Source of the DNA: an uncultured virus (IMG/VR IMGVR_UViG_3300031687_001200)
Lineage: Duplodnaviria > Heunggongvirae > Uroviricota > Caudoviricetes
Strand: one strand, 5' to 3'
DNA: 64,000 nt
Virus record (IMG/VR): IMGVR_UViG_3300031687_001200
Positions within the stretch are counted from its first letter, which is position 1; each line of letters begins with the position of its first letter. This document shows, one piece after another, positions 58,868 through 64,000 of this stretch. The position numbers were made by a program, and so were the translations under genes. The notes under the pieces were generated by a model. The model was not told the DNA's origin and ran no database searches. It was given only the letters and a program-made list of their open reading frames with translations.

Positions 58868-59366
58868 AGTACCTTTTTGGATGTTACCCGCAAGTTGGGG
58901 ACTAACAGGCAAAAGTAAACTAAGAGCAAAGGCTGAGTATGAACTTACAGGCGTTGAGCTTAACAAGGAACTTGCCAGGATCGACATAGACAATGACATT
59001 GATGCTCAAGTATCAGACATGGACATTGATGTTGAAGCTGGTAACCTAACCCAGTCAGTACGTGATAAGAAAGTTGCTGAACTGAGAGACGAACCTTGGG
59101 TAGAAGTAAAACATATGGAAGTTAACCCAGAAGATGTTAAGCAAGGATACATGGAGTTAGACTGGAATGACCAGTTTGTTGCTATGTTACATGCACAAGG
59201 ATACACTGGCGAGAGCGATGAGAGTGTAGTTAACAAATGGTTCAATGATATATGTAGAACAGTATTGTTACAAGAGAACGCTGACATGGACTTTGGTCTA
59301 CAAGATGCTAACTCAGACGTAATTAAAGTAAGAAACGGTCCTACTACGGACGGTCTAGATGACTGA
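58854..59366 (+). CDS. hypothetical phage protein
   Basis: EPWV...GYMELDWNDQFV..L...GY.G....VVNKWF; AGGAG SD. Confidence 0.75.
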   Translation: MMANKVPFWMLPASWGLTGKSKLRAKAEYELTGVELNKELARIDIDNDIDAQVSDMDIDVEAGNLTQSVRDKKVAELRDEPWVEVKHMEVNPEDVKQGYMELDWNDQFVAMLHAQGYTGESDESVVNKWFNDICRTVLLQENADMDFGLQDANSDVIKVRNGPTTDGLDD

Positions 59367-59613
59367 ACAAACATCAGCTCAGACTAAGTTGGCTATATTG
59401 GTTAACAAGGTAATAGGTCCTGCGATTTCAGACTTCGTGGCAAGTTTATCCGATGATGAGATATTAGAGCTTATGAAAGCATATAAGACCATGAATATTG
59501 ATCTCATAAAAGACTTGACTTCTGCGGCTAAAGAGCGTAAAATACAAAGTAAGCAATGGACGGAAGATAGTCCGTTTGATGCAATAATGGAACAAGGACT
59601 AGACAATAAATGA
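59359..59613 (+). CDS. hypothetical protein
   Basis: 84 aa, overlaps both neighbours. Confidence 0.6.
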   Translation: MTEQTSAQTKLAILVNKVIGPAISDFVASLSDDEILELMKAYKTMNIDLIKDLTSAAKERKIQSKQWTEDSPFDAIMEQGLDNK

Positions 59614-60602
59614 GCAAAAATTACTTATTAGTAGATGGACTGAACATGTTTATGAGAGCAAAACATGTTGGTGGACGTGGAGATAGTATCGACATGAAGA
59701 TCGGTATGGCTATGCACATTATGTTTAATAGTATTAATAAGTGCTGGAACAAGTTTGACGGCAGTCATGTAATAATATGTTTAGAAGGACGTTCATGGCG
59801 TAAGGACTTTTATAAGCCTTACAAAGCAAATCGTAAAGTAACAATGGACAAACGTAGTCCTAGAGAACAAGAGGACGATGAGTTATACTTTGAAGCGTAT
59901 GACGACATGGTACAGTTCTTTTCTAACAAAACTAATTGCACCGTACTAAGATGTGAGACTGCAGAAGCAGATGATATGATTGCTACTTGGGTACAACAAC
60001 ATCCAGAAGATAATCATATGATAGTAAGCACAGACAGTGACTTCTATCAACTGTTAGCAACCAATGTACAGCAGTACAACGGCACTACAGATCAAATAGT
60101 TACACTAGAAGGTTGGCATACGTTGAAAGACGGCAAGGTAGTTATAGATAAAAAGACTAAAGAAGAGAAGGTACCAGTAGATCCTAAATGGGTACTGTTC
60201 GAGAAATGTGTTAGAGGAGATAGTTCAGACAATGTATTTGCAAGTTATCCCGGCGCAAGACTTAAAGGGACTAAAAACAAAACAGGTATTCGCGAAGCCT
60301 TTGATGACAGAGCATCTAGCGGATACAATTATAATAACTTTATGTTGCAAAGGTGGGTCGACCACGAAGAGCAAGAGCATAGGGTTAGAGACGATTTTAT
60401 TCGTAATGAAATACTAATTGACTTAACATTGCAACCCGATGAGATTAAAGAGTTATGTATACAACGAATGAATGAGCAGAAGAAGACGGAACCGGTGGCT
60501 AACATTGGCATTCACTTTATGAAGTTCTGCTCTAAATGGAACTTGCAACGTATGGGTGACCAGGTCACTACATATCAAGCAATGTTGAATGGGAGTCATT
60601 GA
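59610..60602 (+). CDS. rnh: 5'-3' exonuclease / T4 RNase H-like flap nuclease
   Basis: LLVDG.N, SWRK..Y..YKANR, EADD, STDSDFYQL, GDSSDNV, N..LIDL. Confidence 0.9.
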   Translation: MSKNYLLVDGLNMFMRAKHVGGRGDSIDMKIGMAMHIMFNSINKCWNKFDGSHVIICLEGRSWRKDFYKPYKANRKVTMDKRSPREQEDDELYFEAYDDMVQFFSNKTNCTVLRCETAEADDMIATWVQQHPEDNHMIVSTDSDFYQLLATNVQQYNGTTDQIVTLEGWHTLKDGKVVIDKKTKEEKVPVDPKWVLFEKCVRGDSSDNVFASYPGARLKGTKNKTGIREAFDDRASSGYNYNNFMLQRWVDHEEQEHRVRDDFIRNEILIDLTLQPDEIKELCIQRMNEQKKTEPVANIGIHFMKFCSKWNLQRMGDQVTTYQAMLNGSH

Positions 60603-60799
60603 TGACCGAATCAAATGATAAAGAGGAAGCAGATGCTGACTACGATATTATGTTCGAGAAGATCAGACACCCAGAGAAGTGGCCCGCTTGGGGCAAGAAG
60701 TATATTTATGAATCACCTGATAAAGGTAAGACAGTATACGCCAGAGAATTTGGCAAGCCACATGAAGAAAGAGTTTTAATTAAAGGAGAAGAACAGTGA
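60602..60799 (+). CDS. hypothetical phage protein
   Basis: YIYESPDKGKTVYAREFG..ER motif. Confidence 0.65.
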   Translation: MTESNDKEEADADYDIMFEKIRHPEKWPAWGKKYIYESPDKGKTVYAREFGKPHEERVLIKGEEQ

Positions 60800-61317
60800 T
60801 TAAATTTAAAGAATCGGTAAAACTACAAAAGATAAGTGATGATGCGTGGATCGTTAATGACGATACAAAACGTGTTGGTATCCTACACAAAACCATACAG
60901 GATCAATACACTTACTTAGACAGGACAGAAACAATCCAGTTCGCAGACCAAGAAGAAGTAACAGACTTTTTCCAGAACCAGTTTGTGTTCGATGAAGAGA
61001 CTGTAATGGACGTAACAGTTCCTGCAACGTTTTACATTAAAGGTTATCCTGTTGACTATCCAAGTCCAGTACCAGTTGAGCCTAGCGATGAGGACTACAT
61101 GGAAGAGATTCCATTGTTTGCTAAGACAGAAAACAGCAAGGTATACTATGCCGCAGGTTGGTACGCTATTAACTTTGAAAAAGGTTGGAAACATGGCAAC
61201 TGTCCTAAGTTAAGCACACTAATTACATATGGTTACGAAGGTCCATTTAAAACTAAACTAGAGCTAAAGCAACGTCTTAAAGTTCTGAACAAACTAAAGA
61301 GAAACTTTGCTAAATGA
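60796..61317 (+). CDS. hypothetical phage protein
   Basis: PLFAKT..SK.YYAAGWY...CPKL.TL..Y.Y.GPFKT; AAGGAG SD. Confidence 0.7.
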   Translation: MIKFKESVKLQKISDDAWIVNDDTKRVGILHKTIQDQYTYLDRTETIQFADQEEVTDFFQNQFVFDEETVMDVTVPATFYIKGYPVDYPSPVPVEPSDEDYMEEIPLFAKTENSKVYYAAGWYAINFEKGWKHGNCPKLSTLITYGYEGPFKTKLELKQRLKVLNKLKRNFAK

Positions 61318-61511
61318 AGACTGATTTAACTTATACTGAAAAGTTTTTAGTACAAGTAGAACGGTTGCGTGAAGCAAATGAACCTACTGCGGAGTTTAGC
61401 GTACACTTTTTAACCCAAGTATGCAAAGAATTAAACGAAAACTTTAAAGTTGATCTAAACGTAGGCATCGAGCCTATTAGTAATAAGGTGGATGGAGGAA
61501 GATTCAAATGA
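61314..61511 (+). CDS. hypothetical protein
   Basis: 65 aa, ends VDGGRF; ATGA overlaps. Confidence 0.55.
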   Translation: MKTDLTYTEKFLVQVERLREANEPTAEFSVHFLTQVCKELNENFKVDLNVGIEPISNKVDGGRFK

Positions 61512-61663
61512 AAGACTTAAAATTGCAAGATGTAATAGATAAGACTATACATCAAAAACAACAGTTAAAGTTTCAAGAGAAAGCAGTTAACGACCAGCAA
61601 AAATCTATCGACGAGCAGACCAAACGTATTGCGGACCTATTGAAATCCAAAAACGGTGCGTAG
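61508..61663 (+). CDS. small coiled-coil protein (51 aa, not in ORF track)
   Basis: Manual translation MKDLKLQDVIDKTIHQKQQLKFQ...; GGAGG SD; ATGA overlap. Confidence 0.5.
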   Translation: MKDLKLQDVIDKTIHQKQQLKFQEKAVNDQQKSIDEQTKRIADLLKSKNGA

Positions 61664-62033
61664 TAAAGTAATCGACAGACAGTTTTGGGAACACTCCTGT
61701 AAGATGGATGGTCCTATTATGATTGAAAAGGGTCAGCCATGTAACTGGTGCGATGAGAAAGATTGTAGCGGACCCGTGTGGAGAACTGACTGCGGATACA
61801 ATCACTTTTTTCATCATGAGATCCAATGGCAGAGTAAATACTATGACGGAACTGATGAAAGATGGAACGATGTTGGTATTGATCATGGCGTTCTAGATGA
61901 CATAAATACTAATGCGAAAGGAAAATACGGGTGGAACTTTAATATAGTTAGAGACCAGAAGATTGCAATGATCTCATTTGAAGACGAAGATGATGCGTTA
62001 TGGTTTCGATTAAAGCACAGCCCACAGACATAG
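61656..62033 (+). CDS. hypothetical protein with a Cys cluster
   Basis: HSC...PCNWC; C-terminal FEDEDDALWFRLK motif. Confidence 0.55.
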   Translation: MRSKVIDRQFWEHSCKMDGPIMIEKGQPCNWCDEKDCSGPVWRTDCGYNHFFHHEIQWQSKYYDGTDERWNDVGIDHGVLDDINTNAKGKYGWNFNIVRDQKIAMISFEDEDDALWFRLKHSPQT

Positions 62034-62043
62034 GAAACAACAC

Positions 62044-62271
62044 ATGATTATAGAAATATTTGGTAAAGATAACTGCCCATTTTGTGATATGGCAGTAAAC
62101 AAAGCAGAACAAATGACAGAGAACGATCACCAGTACACATACAAAAAACTAGATAGAGACTTCAGCCGAGAAGAACTATTTGAGAAATTTCCCACAGCAA
62201 GAACATTCCCACAAATCGTAGTAGATGGTAAGGCTATCGGTGGCTGGCAAGAGTTTAAGGACATAGTATAA
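62044..62271 (+). CDS. dithiol glutaredoxin
   Basis: CPFC, RTFPQI, IGG. Confidence 0.9.
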   Translation: MIIEIFGKDNCPFCDMAVNKAEQMTENDHQYTYKKLDRDFSREELFEKFPTARTFPQIVVDGKAIGGWQEFKDIV

Positions 62272-62576
62272 TGAGTACCACTGAAGACCAAATTAGAGAA
62301 ATTATCGAAGGCAACGATGTTATATTGTTTATGAAAGGCGATCCTTATCAACCTCAATGTGGTTTCAGTGCTAAAGTTGTAAACATACTTAAAGAAATTG
62401 GTAAGCCGTTTGGATTTGTTGACATCTTAGCAGACCAAGACATCAGAGCTACACTACCTAGCATCAGTGATTGGCCCACGTTCCCACAATTGTTTATCAA
62501 AGGTGAACTGATTGGTGGTTGCGATATTATCACCGAGATGCATGAAGGTGGCGAGTTAGACCCGCTAATTCCATAA
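62271..62576 (+). CDS. grxD: monothiol glutaredoxin (Grx4)
   Basis: LFMKG..PQCGFS, WPTFPQL, GELIGGCDI. Confidence 0.93.
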   Translation: MSTTEDQIREIIEGNDVILFMKGDPYQPQCGFSAKVVNILKEIGKPFGFVDILADQDIRATLPSISDWPTFPQLFIKGELIGGCDIITEMHEGGELDPLIP

Positions 62577-62577
62577 T

Positions 62578-63159
62578 ATGAGAGACAGAGACTATCTAGA
62601 GGACGAATTCAAAGACATTCCTCAAGGTCGAGTGTTAATAATTGGCGGCAATCAAGGAGATAATAATCCAGCATGGGGACTAATACAGTCTGGGTGGAAG
62701 GCTGTTATATGTGAGCCTGATCCTTTTGCTTTTAGTATACTAATAGACAATACCAGTCAGTATGCTGATAACATCACAGTTGTTAACTCTGCTATTTCAT
62801 CAGAGTCTAGTGTGGCTCCATTTTACCTGTCGATTGGTAGACCTGCTATGTCCAGTATGAAAAAGGATTGGTTAGCAGAACAAGATTTGATACCCGATGA
62901 AGAGAAGACACAACGCAGTATACTAACACATGCCTTGAGTGTTCAACAGTTACTAGAGCATGTAGGAAAAGACTTTGACTTAGTAGTTATCGATGCAGAA
63001 GACATGGACGAAGAAATACTAGATGCATTTGATTGGACGCAGTTAGAAAACTGTAGAATGGTATGTGTTGAGTCTCCGCGTGATGGGTTTAATCGGCTAG
63101 CCGATGCTGGATACAAGTTAGTAAATAGTACTGAAACAAATCATTACTTCAAGAATTAA
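62578..63159 (+). CDS. FkbM-like methyltransferase
   Basis: IGGNQG, EPDP, VNSAIS, DLVVIDAEDMDEEIL. Confidence 0.7.
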   Translation: MRDRDYLEDEFKDIPQGRVLIIGGNQGDNNPAWGLIQSGWKAVICEPDPFAFSILIDNTSQYADNITVVNSAISSESSVAPFYLSIGRPAMSSMKKDWLAEQDLIPDEEKTQRSILTHALSVQQLLEHVGKDFDLVVIDAEDMDEEILDAFDWTQLENCRMVCVESPRDGFNRLADAGYKLVNSTETNHYFKN

Positions 63160-63182
63160 CAGACGTTTTAATCGTATTTTTA

Positions 63183-63190
63183 GATAAATA
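63183..63190 (+). promoter_or_regulatory. T4-late-like promoter
   Basis: GATAAATA before 63231. Confidence 0.55.
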
Positions 63191-63230
63191 AGTGTGTTGA
63201 GCTAGTATACTTCTAGCCCGGAGACACACA

Positions 63231-63542
63231 ATGAGTAGACCAAAACCAGTAATACTGCTAGAAGCAGTCCATAAAGACACATATAAAGCAGAGCAAATAC
63301 TTGCCGCTGAAGCAATATACAGTGTATTTTATGAAGACAAGCCCATTAACATGCGTACTTTAAACAAGTTAGTAAGTTATCCCGGACCTAAATATAAAAA
63401 AGTTTCGTTCAGCAATAGCGGACATGCTTTTAACCTTTCAGAAAAATTAAACAAAATGTTTAATACGAATAGTTTCACCGTAGTGAGGCTGACATCAGGA
63501 GTGGTTGTAAATGAAGAAGACGTCATTAATTCCGATATGTAA
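63231..63542 (+). CDS. hypothetical phage protein
   Basis: MSRPKP...YPGPKYKKVSFSN.GHA.NL; GGAG SD. Confidence 0.75.
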   Translation: MSRPKPVILLEAVHKDTYKAEQILAAEAIYSVFYEDKPINMRTLNKLVSYPGPKYKKVSFSNSGHAFNLSEKLNKMFNTNSFTVVRLTSGVVVNEEDVINSDM

Positions 63543-64000
63543 CGCTGTATTCAATGCTGACACTATCGTTCTAACTGATGGCGAAAAACTATTACGACTC
63601 AACAACGTATTTGATGAAGACTTAATCCACAACTTACAAGATCTCAAGGACGACATTGCTCCTAGAAAAGAAGCACGAAATAGACAAACATGGGACTTAC
63701 AATTAGCCGATGAAGATAAGGAAGCTATCAAGTCAGCAGTTGAAACAGCAATGGATACCAAATATCAGCACATGGGTGTAAGCCTATGGGAAGACTCGGA
63801 AGGGTATTACACACAGAAACATATAGAAGAAGAGCATGTCAATGCATCCATGCAAGTATATCTCCCGGCAGACAACTGTGCATTGCCCAACACAGGCAGT
63901 ATAGTTTACGACGGTATACAAGAGTACCAAGTACCTTTCGTTCCTAACACAGGATACATTTTATCTAATAGTAACACAACTGTTCACAGTAGTGGCGAGC
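63511..64000 (+). CDS. 2OG-Fe(II) oxygenase-like protein, truncated by the window end
   Basis: Open frame from ATG 63511 to the end: LWEDSEGYYTQKHIE...MQVYLP...TGS...VPFVPNTGY...VHS; paralogous to 39983 and 40647; AGGAG SD. Confidence 0.65.
   Translation, partial: MKKTSLIPICNAVFNADTIVLTDGEKLLRLNNVFDEDLIHNLQDLKDDIAPRKEARNRQTWDLQLADEDKEAIKSAVETAMDTKYQHMGVSLWEDSEGYYTQKHIEEEHVNASMQVYLPADNCALPNTGSIVYDGIQEYQVPFVPNTGYILSNSNTTVHSSGE

Noticed and set aside
1..64000. Alternative genetic code (TAG/TGA recoding) as seen in some jumbo phages
   Set aside because: Recognisable proteins are full length under the standard code, and TAA, TAG and TGA all end genes at sensible boundaries
1..64000. Cellular (bacterial/archaeal) or NCLDV origin suggested by RFC, ClpA, DnaJ, ACP and GalE
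   Set aside because: T4-like PolB and RNase H, spanins, fibre genes, late-promoter motifs, SD usage and dense small unknown ORFs indicate a tailed bacteriophage

Overview
AT-rich, gene-dense segment of a large, probably jumbo, T4-related myovirus. Gene content resembles Rak2/GAP32/Atu_ph07-type jumbo phages, and the host is probably a diderm aquatic Proteobacterium (spanins, ClpA, GrxD, OM beta-barrel). It carries replication genes (family B DNA polymerase, putative sliding clamp, RFC/gp44-like clamp loader, RNase H-like 5' nuclease, a short DnaE-like fragment), chaperones (two GroES, DnaJ, ClpA, MoxR-AAA plus vWA partner), spanins, and several long modular G/T/S/A-rich virion proteins. There are also many auxiliary tailoring enzymes: methyltransferases, three paralogous 2OG-Fe(II) oxygenases, an amidinotransferase, an Fe-ADH, an APS-kinase/nucleotidyltransferase fusion, ACP and PhoH. 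The most notable locus is a 7-deazaguanine DNA-modification neighbourhood at 46.5-58.3 kb (TGT/DpdA-like transglycosylase, DpdL-like T-fold protein, FolE, QueE, PRTase). It has no QueC in the window and is interleaved with a glycosyltransferase, a GalE-like epimerase and two NAD-dependent oxidoreductases, which suggests a possibly undescribed sugar-linked DNA hypermodification. Two promoter classes are visible (sigma70-like TTGAC[A/T]-N16-18-TATA[A/C]T and T4-late-like [G/T]ATAAATA), along with several apparently leaderless genes, a structured intergenic RNA displaying anti-RBS sequences, and a structured phoH leader. No tRNA, rRNA, CRISPR, intron/intein or mobile element was recognised. All protein calls come from motif recognition by eye; no searches were run.
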